Assembly (NCBI GenBank): GCA_947445775.1
Contig: CANFEB010000006.1
Coordinates: forward strand, 579 to 64,578
Direction of reading: 5' to 3'
Length of the DNA: 64,000 nt
From: Oligoflexales bacterium
GTDB lineage: Bacteria; Bdellovibrionota_B; Oligoflexia; Oligoflexales; RGVZ01
Shown here: positions 9,560 to 19,109 of the stretch, piece by piece
Layout of the letters: every line of letters begins with the position of its first letter
Position numbering within the stretch: the stretch's first letter is position 1
The notes under the pieces: generated by a model
Seen by the model: the letters and a program-made list of their open reading frames with translations, nothing else
What the model was told of the DNA's origin: nothing
Database searches by the model: none
Translations under genes and position numbers: made by a program

Positions 9560-10102
9560 TCAAGCCCGAGCGTGGTTGCCGGCTTCAGGCTTAGCCCGAG
9601 CCACGCTTGATCTCAATTCTCTGGCGATATCAAGACCTTCACTTTTAAGGTCTGACATCATCTCTTCGACCAGCTGTCCGAGATCCTCGCGTTCGCTCGT
9701 CGCCACGTGCTGGCGAAGCTTGGGCATCAACATTGATTCTTGGACTTCCAAATGCTGGTCAACCGCCTTGCGCAGATCAGCCAGCGCCACTTCCAGCGCC
9801 TGGCCATCTTTTTCGGACGACGCTTTTATCAGCGATTTTATGTGCTTACGCATTGTTTTCTGATTCGCAGTGCACAAACCCGCGATCAGATCAGAACCGG
9901 GGAAGCGGTCCTGCAGTTCCGGCAAAAGGTATTCTTCTTCGGCCTTTAAATGCCCAAGCAGGTCAAAGGCCAGCTCTGACACCAGGGTCCCGATGGGGCC
10001 TTTTAGGGCATCTCCACGAGTACCCGAGGTATCTTCCCCGAGTTTTTCCACCGACCGGAGCATTACTTCGTGATCTAATTTCAACCATTGTAAGATATCC
10101 AT
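9560..10102 (-). CDS. Hemerythrin-like (HHE cation-binding) domain protein
   Basis: The N-terminal DILQWLKLDHEVM plus spaced H/E residues (LGHLKAEEEYLLPEL; HIKSL; QHLEVQESMLMP) resemble hemerythrin/HHE repeats. The call is motif-level only. Confidence 0.55.
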   Translation of the reverse strand: MDILQWLKLDHEVMLRSVEKLGEDTSGTRGDALKGPIGTLVSELAFDLLGHLKAEEEYLLPELQDRFPGSDLIAGLCTANQKTMRKHIKSLIKASSEKDGQALEVALADLRKAVDQHLEVQESMLMPKLRQHVATSEREDLGQLVEEMMSDLKSEGLDIARELRSSVARAKPEAGNHARA

Positions 10103-10212
10103 CGTACCTCCGTCGCCGCGTGTCTATTGGCATTGACGGCAAATAGCAAGTCCCTTTGGATCGACAATTACCTAAAAAAAGTTCTAAAAAGCATCCGACT
10201 GCAAATCATAAT

Positions 10213-11295
10213 ATGGACTCAACGGGGCGGAAAATTGTGGATCAGCACTTGAAAGACATTGCCAGCAAGGTCAATAATGGCACCCGGATCACACGTTCGG
10301 AAGCCGCCTGGTTATTCAAAGAAGCACCCGACCAGGCCTTGGCGGAACTCGCCACAAAGGCCAAAAGACGCTTTCACGCCGACGACACCGCCACCTACCT
10401 GATCATGGCCATAGTCAATTACACGAACGTCTGCGTTGCCAAATGCGACTACTGTTCGTTTTACCGGTTGCCCCACCAGGCGGGCACCTACCTTTTGAAC
10501 TTCGATCAAGTTTGTGAGCGGATTGATGCCCTACGGACTTTCGGCGGGACTCTCGTTGCCTTCAATGGCGGCTTCCATCCAAAACTTCAACTAACCGACT
10601 ATGCCGAGCTTTTTTCCCGCGTCAGGTCACGCTATGGCGCCGACCTTGAATTTTTTGAGATGACCGTGGCCGAGTTCATGTTCTCCTGCAAACTGAGCAA
10701 ACTCTCTTACGATGAAGGGGCCTCCATCCTGAAAGCTGCCGGAACGCGCTGGGTGACTGGCGGTGGAGCTGAAATTCTGGACGACGCCTTTCGCATGCGG
10801 CACAGCCCAGGCAAATTCAAGGTTGCCGACTACTTCAAGGCTCAAAACGCCATTTTGGCGGCCGGCCTGGGCTCCACAGCCACACAAGTCATAGGGTTTG
10901 ATGAGTCGCTGGACGAGAGGCTGAATCACCTAGAGGCCCTGCGCACGTTTCAGGACTCCGCACCGCGCAAGCTGCCGAGTTTTCTGTGCTGGACCTACAA
11001 ACCGTGGAACAACGAGCTTGGCGGCCACGAAATCAGTTCACACGAATACCTGCGCTGGTTGGCGATATGCCGCATCTTTCTGGACAACATTGAACACATC
11101 CGGACCTCGGTTTTGACTCAGAATGAGGCGGCCCTTGAAGGACTCAAATTCGGGGCCAACGACTTTGACCTGCCGACCGAAGATGAGGTCACGCAAAAAG
11201 CCGGTTCAACAATCAGTCATGATTTTGAACGGATTCTTTCCGCTGCGCGCGGGGCAGGTTTCACGGTACGATACCGGAAGCCGTTTCCACTTTGA
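10213..11295 (+). CDS. Radical SAM enzyme of the MqnC/MqnE/CofH family (futalosine-pathway menaquinone biosynthesis)
   Basis: VNYTNVCVAKCDYCSFYR carries the CxxxCxxC cluster motif, and the C-terminal GANDFDLPTEDEVTQKAGS resembles GAND..GT..EE.I..AG. I cannot discriminate MqnC from MqnE by eye. I prefer the ATG at 10213 over the TTG at 10156. Confidence 0.75.
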   Translation: MDSTGRKIVDQHLKDIASKVNNGTRITRSEAAWLFKEAPDQALAELATKAKRRFHADDTATYLIMAIVNYTNVCVAKCDYCSFYRLPHQAGTYLLNFDQVCERIDALRTFGGTLVAFNGGFHPKLQLTDYAELFSRVRSRYGADLEFFEMTVAEFMFSCKLSKLSYDEGASILKAAGTRWVTGGGAEILDDAFRMRHSPGKFKVADYFKAQNAILAAGLGSTATQVIGFDESLDERLNHLEALRTFQDSAPRKLPSFLCWTYKPWNNELGGHEISSHEYLRWLAICRIFLDNIEHIRTSVLTQNEAALEGLKFGANDFDLPTEDEVTQKAGSTISHDFERILSAARGAGFTVRYRKPFPL

Positions 11296-11358
11296 CGCCC
11301 TTCATCTGGGCGGGTCTTGTTCAGCGATTGTCTTATCCCTTCACCTGACAGGGTTTTT

Positions 11359-13089
11359 ATGCGTAGAGTCAAAACGTTTTTGCATACCAGCCTGATCATT
11401 ACTGCCATTTGCTTGCTGCCGGCGTTCGGCGCTCATGCCAAAGCCACCAACAAATCCGCAACCCCGCGCGGCTACTTCATTTCAATCGACGGCCTGCAAC
11501 CTAAACTTCTCGAATCATACGTCGGCCGCAGCGAGGCCAACCCCAAAGGTTTTGCTGCGCTGTGGAATAACGGCGCTGTTTACACCCATGCAACGCCGCC
11601 CGTCATTTCCATCACGGCTGCAAGCCACGCGGGAATTGCCACGTGTTCAACCCCAGCGCGTCACGGCATTATGGGAAATCACTTTCTGCGTAATCACAAA
11701 AAAGTCAGCGGCTTCAAAGAGTCGTTACAAAGCGAAACTTTTTGGGAGGCCGCCCGCCGCCAGGGCCGCAAGGTGGCATCCTTCGCCTACGTCGGCATGG
11801 ACGGAACCACACCGGCAAGGACAGCCGATCTGGGAATTTCCTATCCGGATGAATCGCGCATGGGAAAGCCGGCCATTGTCACCGTGGCGCGCGGAGACGT
11901 CAAACCAGTTGACCTCGACGTTGTGATCAACCCCGAAAAATCCCTGAACTTGTCGCTGCACTTTTTGGCAACAAAATCAGGATCCATCGTCAAATACGAA
12001 GACTTTCGCGGGGAAGCGCATCAGATCAATCTGCCCGGTGCGGCGGAGGCTCACGCGCCGGCTAACCTCCTAATCCACGACGGAGAGCGTTTGCGCCGAA
12101 TCGTGATCCACCTAGTCTCCGGTCAGGCGAATACTTATGCAGTTTCGAGGGCTTCCTACAATGACGCCCATCCAGAAACATTTCGCCGCAGCTTGGACGA
12201 TGCTGGCTTGGTCTGGCCGGATGTCAACATCAAGGGACTCGACCTCGCCCTTTCGCCGACAGAAACCGTCGCTGTGCAAGGACTTCTTGATAGTTTTCTG
12301 GCCGATGTCGCCAGTCGGGCGATCCCTGAATTCAATCCCGACATAGTGCTTTTCTATCAACCGCTCATTGATTCAACGGGACACGGTTTTCAAAACAAAT
12401 TGCCCAATTCAGATAATCTGAACTCCGATGATCCCGTGACGGCTGCCTACCGCGCGGCCTTTCATTTGATTGACAACAATTTGGCGAAGGTCTTGGCAAC
12501 GGCCCGGACCAATGATCATGTGGCCCTGATGGGCGACCATGGAATGACTGCGACCACGACCAACCTTAACGTGGCTCCCGTACTTCCCGCGGGAACGGAA
12601 GAACTTTTTGACGTCTTTGCATCGGACGCCATGCTTTTCTTGTATCAAAAAAACGATTCCTCAGACGCCACGGCCATCAAAAAATCTGGCGAAGCCGTGC
12701 GCGACGCGCTGGCAAAACTTCAGTGGCGCGACAAGCCTGTGATTGAAATGGTGGCAGAACGAGCAAATATCAATGCCAACAACAAAAATAATAAATCAGA
12801 TGTCTGGCAATATGGTGACGCCGTCTGGGCCTTTCGTTCCGAAGATGGCATTTGGTTCAACAATAATCCTCTCGACAAAAACACGTTCTTGCCCGCTAAA
12901 GTTCCGGGCATGCATGGGCAAAATCCTGCGAGCCCCGCCATGCATACTGCCTTGATGTTTAGTGGTCCCGGCGTCAAAGCTGAAATCCATAGAACCAATG
13001 TCGTGTCGCTGATTCAGGCCGTTCCGACCTTTGCCCGGCTTTTAAAACTCAATCCGCCAAAAGACTGCGAGGGCGTGCCGGTCTTTTAA
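11359..13089 (+). CDS. Secreted alkaline-phosphatase-superfamily nucleotide pyrophosphatase/phosphodiesterase
   Basis: Signal peptide MRRVKTFLHTSLIITAICLLPAFGAHA, then ISIDGLQP, ITAASHAGIATCSTPARHGIMGN (nucleophile/metal region) and LMGDHGM. Confidence 0.8.
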   Translation: MRRVKTFLHTSLIITAICLLPAFGAHAKATNKSATPRGYFISIDGLQPKLLESYVGRSEANPKGFAALWNNGAVYTHATPPVISITAASHAGIATCSTPARHGIMGNHFLRNHKKVSGFKESLQSETFWEAARRQGRKVASFAYVGMDGTTPARTADLGISYPDESRMGKPAIVTVARGDVKPVDLDVVINPEKSLNLSLHFLATKSGSIVKYEDFRGEAHQINLPGAAEAHAPANLLIHDGERLRRIVIHLVSGQANTYAVSRASYNDAHPETFRRSLDDAGLVWPDVNIKGLDLALSPTETVAVQGLLDSFLADVASRAIPEFNPDIVLFYQPLIDSTGHGFQNKLPNSDNLNSDDPVTAAYRAAFHLIDNNLAKVLATARTNDHVALMGDHGMTATTTNLNVAPVLPAGTEELFDVFASDAMLFLYQKNDSSDATAIKKSGEAVRDALAKLQWRDKPVIEMVAERANINANNKNNKSDVWQYGDAVWAFRSEDGIWFNNNPLDKNTFLPAKVPGMHGQNPASPAMHTALMFSGPGVKAEIHRTNVVSLIQAVPTFARLLKLNPPKDCEGVPVF

Positions 13090-13101
13090 CGGGGAGCTAT
13101 T

Positions 13102-14907
13102 GTGATCAAAACATTTTCTAAAATTTTTCCCTGGGGCTTGTTTATCGTTGCCCTTACGGCCACTGCCGTAGCCGTCAATTGCGGCAGGTCTGGGGGCGGA
13201 CGCGGCGAAACCACCATATCTACACTGATCCCGGCGGGTTGGGATGGTACGTCGGACTGGGAGGGTTCGCGTTGGGCTGTGTCCAATCTAAGTCTGGCCC
13301 GCACGAAAACGGCGGCTGCAAATTTATCTGGAAATATAGCTGCAAATAAAAGCGCGAATAAATTTGAATTAAATGTCGTTCAACACTGCGCAGGCTTGGT
13401 GTCAAGCGAAGCACCCTATCTGGTCCGCGTGAAGTCTGATCGGGGGGCATCACTTCGGGGAAAGGATTCGGCTGCAACCATTTTGCTCATAGAATCCGAA
13501 GAAGAACTCCAAGCTTTGGCGGCGAAAACCCACAGCAGTCATTTGGGCGGCTGCGCTGGAATTGAAGTCATTAGCGGCCCGGGGCTGAGCGACTGTGGTT
13601 TGGACCTCACGCAAACGACGGTCACCACTGTCGCGGCTCCAATATTCGACGAAACCATAAAATTGGCCGCCACAGAGGCCCTGCTGCCTCAGGCTGCCGC
13701 CGCCAACATCACGGCGACCATGACCACCCTTCAGGGCCTTGGCAGCCGCTACTATTCTGGTGCCTCTGGCCCGGCGGCCTCTAATCAGGTGCAGACGATT
13801 TACCAGGCGGCCTATGCAGGATCGAGCTGGCCCTCTGGCGCGATTGCCACCGCACAGGTCAGCCATTCGGGAATCGCTGCGAATCAGCCATCGGTGGTGT
13901 CGGCACTTTCCGGAACCACCGATGATGCCACCATGGTCGTCATCGGCTCTCACCTGGACAGCATCAACCACGCAGATCAGAGCAACGCGCCCGGAGCCGA
14001 CGACAACGCCTCGGGCGTGGGTATCCTCGCAGAAACCTTACGCGTATTGGCGGCCAACAACATTCGCTTTAAGCGCCGAGTCGAGTGGCATGCTTATGGC
14101 GCAGAAGAAATCGGACTGATCGGCAGCGGACAAATTGCAACCAACTACGCCGCCGCCGGCAAAAAAGTTGCCGCCATGCTCCAAATCGACATGGCTTCCT
14201 ATGCCTCCGACCCTGCAGGCAACTCCGGCGAAACCATTCACCTGTTTCACGACGATACGAATGCCATTTTACGCCGATCGACAAAGGACCTGCTGACGAC
14301 ATACCTTGGCGGCAATTTTTCTGATCTCGGTCAGAGCGTCAGCGGCACCTCTGACCACCGTAGTTGGTACCGGGCCGGGTTTCCCACGGTTTTTCCTTTT
14401 GAAAATCCTGTCTCCTACAACCATAAGCTCCACACGGCAGACGACACGGTCGCCAATGCCACCAGCCCCAATTTGGCCGTGCGGATGTCGCGGCTAATCT
14501 TGGCCTTTTTGGCCCATCATGCCGGGATTGCGGGTGCCGATGCGGACTACGCCGCAAAACTGGCCGCCGCGTCGCGGGATTCTGACATCAAGATGGCGCT
14601 GCTGGACTATGACCAGGTTTCTGAAGAGAGTCGTCCTTCTGATTTGGTCCAAGGCGGTACGCTTGCCATTTTCAGCGCGCCAGAAACCATCGCCGCCGTC
14701 GAAAGTTGCAGTGTCACGGCAGGCGCTGCCACGGCGTGCACATCGGATCGTTTGATTGGAACTAAGATCGAGGGGGGGCCCACCGGCCGTAGCTTTTTCT
14801 ATGTGGTATTTCCACCCGACGGTCACAACGCGCCAGAACGGGCCTTTGGTTATTCGGCTGAAAACACTCCGAGCCATGGCCGCAGCTTGAGCGTTTCGAA
14901 AAAGTAA
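13102..14907 (+). CDS. Secreted M28-family aminopeptidase with N- and C-terminal extensions
   Basis: VVIGSHLDS..APGADDNASGVGILAETLRVL, WHAYGAEEIGLIGS and SDHRSW are M28 zinc-ligand blocks. GTG start, N-terminal signal sequence. Confidence 0.85.
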   Translation: MIKTFSKIFPWGLFIVALTATAVAVNCGRSGGGRGETTISTLIPAGWDGTSDWEGSRWAVSNLSLARTKTAAANLSGNIAANKSANKFELNVVQHCAGLVSSEAPYLVRVKSDRGASLRGKDSAATILLIESEEELQALAAKTHSSHLGGCAGIEVISGPGLSDCGLDLTQTTVTTVAAPIFDETIKLAATEALLPQAAAANITATMTTLQGLGSRYYSGASGPAASNQVQTIYQAAYAGSSWPSGAIATAQVSHSGIAANQPSVVSALSGTTDDATMVVIGSHLDSINHADQSNAPGADDNASGVGILAETLRVLAANNIRFKRRVEWHAYGAEEIGLIGSGQIATNYAAAGKKVAAMLQIDMASYASDPAGNSGETIHLFHDDTNAILRRSTKDLLTTYLGGNFSDLGQSVSGTSDHRSWYRAGFPTVFPFENPVSYNHKLHTADDTVANATSPNLAVRMSRLILAFLAHHAGIAGADADYAAKLAAASRDSDIKMALLDYDQVSEESRPSDLVQGGTLAIFSAPETIAAVESCSVTAGAATACTSDRLIGTKIEGGPTGRSFFYVVFPPDGHNAPERAFGYSAENTPSHGRSLSVSKK

Positions 14908-15004
14908 TTTCGTTGCTCATTCCCAGCCCCATTATTCTGAGGCGGGCCGAAAAGAAAAAACCCCAATTTTTTTTAAAAATCGGGATTCAACGACTTAACT
15001 TTTA

Positions 15005-15080
15005 TGGTGGTCCCGGCTGGAATCGAACCAGCAACTACGCCTTCGGAGGGCGGTATGATATCCGTTTCACTACGGGACCC
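15005..15080 (-). tRNA. tRNA-Arg (anticodon CCG)
   Basis: I folded the minus-strand sequence GGGTCCCGTAGTGAAACGGATATCATACCGCCCTCCGAAGGCGTAGTTGCTGGTTCGATTCCAGCCGGGACCACCA by hand. It gives a 7-bp acceptor stem, anticodon loop CT-CCG-AA, T-loop GGTTCGATTCC and an encoded CCA, 76 nt in total. Confidence 0.93.
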
Positions 15081-15095
15081 AATGAAGGGAAATCG

Positions 15096-17387
15096 TTAGT
15101 TACCAGACCGCTCAACGGTGGACAAGGCCAACGAGATCAATTTTGCGGACGCCCGCTTCTTCCAGGCCCAGAAGCCGCCGGCAATAGCCAATAAGAAGAC
15201 CTGAGCCATCAACGTCTGGACGTAGGGGTAAATCCCCAGCAAATCCACAGTCGGCATGTGGGCCAGGCGAACTGGCTGCAAAATACCAGCTTCAACCAGC
15301 TCCACAACCGCCTTACCAGCCAAAACCACCGACAATCCAACCATAAGAAAACTCGTGCTCAGGAAAAATTTGCGCAGCGGCATGCGCAACCCAAAATAGT
15401 GAATTGCAAAACAAATTCCACCCAGGCAAGCCGTCCCCATGACAAAGCCGCCGACCACGGCGCCACCTGACGACGCACTATGGGAAAGGGCATTGTAGAA
15501 GAGGACCGTCTCGGCCGCCTCGCGGTAGACCGCAATGAAGGCCAACCCTGCCAGTGTCCAGACCTTACCGGAGCTCACGGCATCGCGGGCGCCACCACGG
15601 ATGAATTTGTCCCATTGGCTGCGTTCGGCCTGGGAAAGCAGCCAGAAGCCAACGTAGAAAAGAACCGCTGCGGCCAGCCCGGTGGCAATGGCTTCCACCA
15701 GCTCTCGGCCCATCCCCGACAAGTGAATGAGGTGATTGAAGACAAAGAAAGTCGCAATCCCCAAAACGACCGCTGATCCCCACCCGGCGTGGATCCACTT
15801 GCGGGAGCTGGCCATGCCCATATTGCCAAGGGCGGCCAGAAGGGCGGCGATGATCAAAAAGGCCTCGAAACCTTCGCGAAAAATAATCAGGAAAGAAGCA
15901 AAAAAATCAGCCAACTTCTGCTGGGAAATACGCAGGACAAAATCACCAGAAGAATTTGTGCCGTCTGTACCACCTGCGCCACTGGCAGCAATCTGCCCTT
16001 GTGCCGCCTGGGCTGTCTGAATTTTTTGGGCACGGAAAAGTGTTGCCATCAAACCGTCCATGGCAGCTTGGCGGATCGGCGGCGCCGTGAGGGGGCTGAG
16101 GGTCGCGCGCGCCGCAATGAACTGTTGCTCCACGGCAATCACGGCGGCTGGATCAACGAGGCGCAAGGACTTCTCAACAGGCTCAAAACCAACCAGATAA
16201 GCATCCAGAAGCTTTGACTTGGCCAGATCAAATTGAGCCTGATTGGCCAAACCCACCGCTTCATTCACGGCGTTGATTGTGTTTTGAAGCGCTGCGGCCT
16301 GCGGCCCTGAATTAGCGCCGGAATCGCCGCCCGGAGATGTTGTCCCTGCCGCAGCTAGGTCCGCGGACTTGCGGACAAAGCCACCGTCGAATGGCGCGTC
16401 AACTCGAAGGGCCGCCACGACATTGGCAACCGTTGTCTTGGATTTTGAAAGGGCTTGGATATTGGAATTAATCCAGGCTGCAAGTTCATGGTCGGACGCA
16501 CGAGAAAGCAACTCGAGGCTGATTTTAGATTTAAGTTCATCGCGCACGGCCTGGGGTAGGGCGGCCAAAGATGCTTTTTGATCGTGGGGGATGCCACTGA
16601 TCCAAAAGGCGAGGCTCCATATTTCATTGCCATTCAGGCGCTCGGCGAATGAAGGCATCGGCGTACCTGCGACACCCGTATGCAAAACATTAAAGGACTT
16701 AAACGGCGAATTGCCCTGGGCAAAGTCCAGGTCGGCAAAATTGCGGGGGCGGGGTTCCAACTTCGCGGAAAGAATTCCATCGCCGTGCCCCGTTGCGCCG
16801 TGGCAGGCCGCGCAGTTAGTTTCAAAAGCCGCCGTGGCCAAGGCCCGCAGCGGAGCTTGGGCCGGTGCCAAAGTCAGTTTAAATGCATCGATCAAATGCT
16901 CGCGGGCTGATCTGGCTAGCGATTGGACTTGGGACGGACTTTTTTTGGCTGCGACAGCGGCCTTCAGATCCAAGAGTTCCTGTTCGATGGTGGCAAGGCC
17001 CACAGTCTTGGGGCGGGCCTTGGCCACGGCTGCAAAGGCCTCAAGAGATGCTTGGGTGAATTGGGAAACTTCTTCATATTCAAGCTGGTTGATGACTTTG
17101 CTAGGGGATCCCGCTTTGCCGGTCACAGCCCCGGCATAGTCGCTGCCGATATATTCCACGAGGCTCAGGAGTTGGCGCATACTCGCCGCAGCAACGGTTT
17201 GAGGCCTTTGGGCGTTACGCCCCGGGTCATAACCAGCGCCAAAGCTAGATTTAGCTTCAGCCCGCGCATCTTGCGAACTAAGGACCGCCGGGACAAATAC
17301 GGCCACGGAAAAAATAGCCGAGTAAATAACAGACACGAAAGCATTCAATCGAAGGCAAGAGATCGGTTTTAAACCCATGATGGGCAT
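15096..17387 (-). CDS. Cytochrome c / FTR1-family iron permease fusion
   Basis: Signal sequence, one CAACHG haem-c motif and a long Ala-rich periplasmic region. The C-terminal polytopic domain has two REXXE iron motifs (REGFEAF, REAAETV). Start at M32 (17387) or M35 (17378). Confidence 0.85.
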   Translation of the reverse strand: MPIMGLKPISCLRLNAFVSVIYSAIFSVAVFVPAVLSSQDARAEAKSSFGAGYDPGRNAQRPQTVAAASMRQLLSLVEYIGSDYAGAVTGKAGSPSKVINQLEYEEVSQFTQASLEAFAAVAKARPKTVGLATIEQELLDLKAAVAAKKSPSQVQSLARSAREHLIDAFKLTLAPAQAPLRALATAAFETNCAACHGATGHGDGILSAKLEPRPRNFADLDFAQGNSPFKSFNVLHTGVAGTPMPSFAERLNGNEIWSLAFWISGIPHDQKASLAALPQAVRDELKSKISLELLSRASDHELAAWINSNIQALSKSKTTVANVVAALRVDAPFDGGFVRKSADLAAAGTTSPGGDSGANSGPQAAALQNTINAVNEAVGLANQAQFDLAKSKLLDAYLVGFEPVEKSLRLVDPAAVIAVEQQFIAARATLSPLTAPPIRQAAMDGLMATLFRAQKIQTAQAAQGQIAASGAGGTDGTNSSGDFVLRISQQKLADFFASFLIIFREGFEAFLIIAALLAALGNMGMASSRKWIHAGWGSAVVLGIATFFVFNHLIHLSGMGRELVEAIATGLAAAVLFYVGFWLLSQAERSQWDKFIRGGARDAVSSGKVWTLAGLAFIAVYREAAETVLFYNALSHSASSGGAVVGGFVMGTACLGGICFAIHYFGLRMPLRKFFLSTSFLMVGLSVVLAGKAVVELVEAGILQPVRLAHMPTVDLLGIYPYVQTLMAQVFLLAIAGGFWAWKKRASAKLISLALSTVERSGN

Positions 17388-17513
17388 ACCTTTCAGAGAA
17401 TTTTTTACACGACAAAAATCCAGAGGAAAGAGGCTTCGGGACTTCAGGCTATTGATAATCGATCTCAAAATGAACCTCAAGAACGATTCACAACAAAAAT
17501 ACAGATTAATGGC

Positions 17514-19052
17514 TCACATGAGCGGCGAGCATAATCGGCTGATTCGCCTTAGGAACATGAAGGAGCGGAACTCCTGATCAACCTTTTCACGGGTCAAAAT
17601 ATAAGATTTAGCAAATAAATCAGTGAAGTACGCATCGATCCGGCTCGTCAGACCCCGGTCCCGCATCAGGAGATCCAATTCAAAATTGAGGAAGAAACTG
17701 CGGCAGTCCTGATTCGACGACCCCGTCAGAATCAAGTCATCGTCTGCGACAAGCAGTTTGGCGTGAAGCATCCCGGGATGAAAGTGGTGGACGGTCAGGC
17801 CAATCTCCAAAAGCTCCTGATAATAGGAGGTTGTGCAAAAATCCGTCATCGGGTGATTCGAGCGGCGCGGGATCACAAGTTGAACGTCGACCCCGCGAGC
17901 CACGGCCTGGCGCAAGGCCTGAAGCAAAGTTTTGTCGGGAACGAAATAAGCGGTCGAAAACCAAATCCGGCGCTTCGCCTCATACAAAACGCTGAGCAAG
18001 CTCGTATGAAATGCCGCTCGGCTATCAGCCGGCCCTGATGCCACAGACATGCAGAGGGCAGAAAACTCGCCAGTTGCCTGCGAATGCATGGCCATTGGAG
18101 CTTTAGTCAGATCCAACGCCTCGCCCGTGGCGAAATGCCAGTCGCCGCGAAACACCTTCTCCAAATGCTCGGCCACCTCCCCTTGAAGCTTAAAGTGAAC
18201 ATCGCGCCATACAGGATTGTCGGGATCTTGCCCCTCCAGATACACCTCGCCCAAGTTCAAACCACCGACGAAAGCAACCTTGCCATCTGCAATTAGGAGC
18301 TTTCTGTGGTTGCGCCAGTTGATTTGAAGGCGTCTTTTCAGCGGGTGAAAACCCATAAAACTATGAATACGGATGCCGGCTGCACGGGCCATCTTCAAAT
18401 GCTTGACGCTGATCCGGTAAGAACCCATGGCATCGTAGAGCACATGGACAGCAACCCCCTGACGAGCCTTTTCCGCCAACAGGCCATAGAAATGACGGCC
18501 AACAGCGTCTGGGACGATTTGGTAAAACTGAACGAGGATGTAACGTTCGGCTTGGACAATCGCTTGTTCGAATTCGGCGTAGACCGAAGTCGAGTTCTCC
18601 AAAAAATCAACGCGGGTCTTAGGGAAAAAACCGTGGCCTGCAGCCCAAGCCGACCATGCCGTCGTGTTCTCAAATCCTTGACAGTCGCTGGACGCGAGTT
18701 CTTCCAATGCAGCCGCGCGGGCAAAGGCTCGGACTTCCGGGGGTTCCTCCGAACGGACCAAGCGCGACGACACCCGGCGTCGGCGAGCCAGCGCCTCATA
18801 AGGGCTCACACCCCCAAGAACATAAAGCGCGGAGCCGACAAAAGGAAAAGCGACAACGGCCAGAAGCCAGCCAAGGCAGGCCACCGGATCACGTTTTCGA
18901 CTGAGAATGCTGAGCGCAGCGAAAAATGTGACGGTCCATTCAACAAGACGAAGGCCTTCGCCAAGGGAAAGCCCACGCCATAACGGATCAGAAAAAAAAG
19001 AATGAAGAATTGATGACAAGCTGGTTCCCTTCGCCCTCAAACAGGGACCCAT
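17514..19052 (-). CDS. cls: Cardiolipin synthase (PLD superfamily)
   Basis: Two HKD motifs ([18 protein letters not shown] and [18 protein letters not shown]) and N-terminal TM helices. Confidence 0.9.
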   Translation of the reverse strand: MGPCLRAKGTSLSSILHSFFSDPLWRGLSLGEGLRLVEWTVTFFAALSILSRKRDPVACLGWLLAVVAFPFVGSALYVLGGVSPYEALARRRRVSSRLVRSEEPPEVRAFARAAALEELASSDCQGFENTTAWSAWAAGHGFFPKTRVDFLENSTSVYAEFEQAIVQAERYILVQFYQIVPDAVGRHFYGLLAEKARQGVAVHVLYDAMGSYRISVKHLKMARAAGIRIHSFMGFHPLKRRLQINWRNHRKLLIADGKVAFVGGLNLGEVYLEGQDPDNPVWRDVHFKLQGEVAEHLEKVFRGDWHFATGEALDLTKAPMAMHSQATGEFSALCMSVASGPADSRAAFHTSLLSVLYEAKRRIWFSTAYFVPDKTLLQALRQAVARGVDVQLVIPRRSNHPMTDFCTTSYYQELLEIGLTVHHFHPGMLHAKLLVADDDLILTGSSNQDCRSFFLNFELDLLMRDRGLTSRIDAYFTDLFAKSYILTREKVDQEFRSFMFLRRISRLCSPLM

Positions 19053-19109
19053 GCTACGTTAATAATGGTAACTGGAAAAGGCTGGAAAATTGACACGAAA
19101 ATTGACGCT

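Noticed and set aside
15005-15080. tRNA genes (Arg 15005-15080, Gln 49489-49563, Leu 59980-60062) as possible integration sites of genomic islands.
   Set aside because: There is no integrase or recombinase and no direct repeat of a tRNA 3' end that I could spot. The flanking genes are ordinary chromosomal functions.
19053-19109. Cobalamin riboswitch upstream of the B12-dependent mutase.
   Set aside because: The intergenic space is under 60 nt, far too short for a roughly 200-nt cobalamin element, and no B12-box-like sequence was seen.
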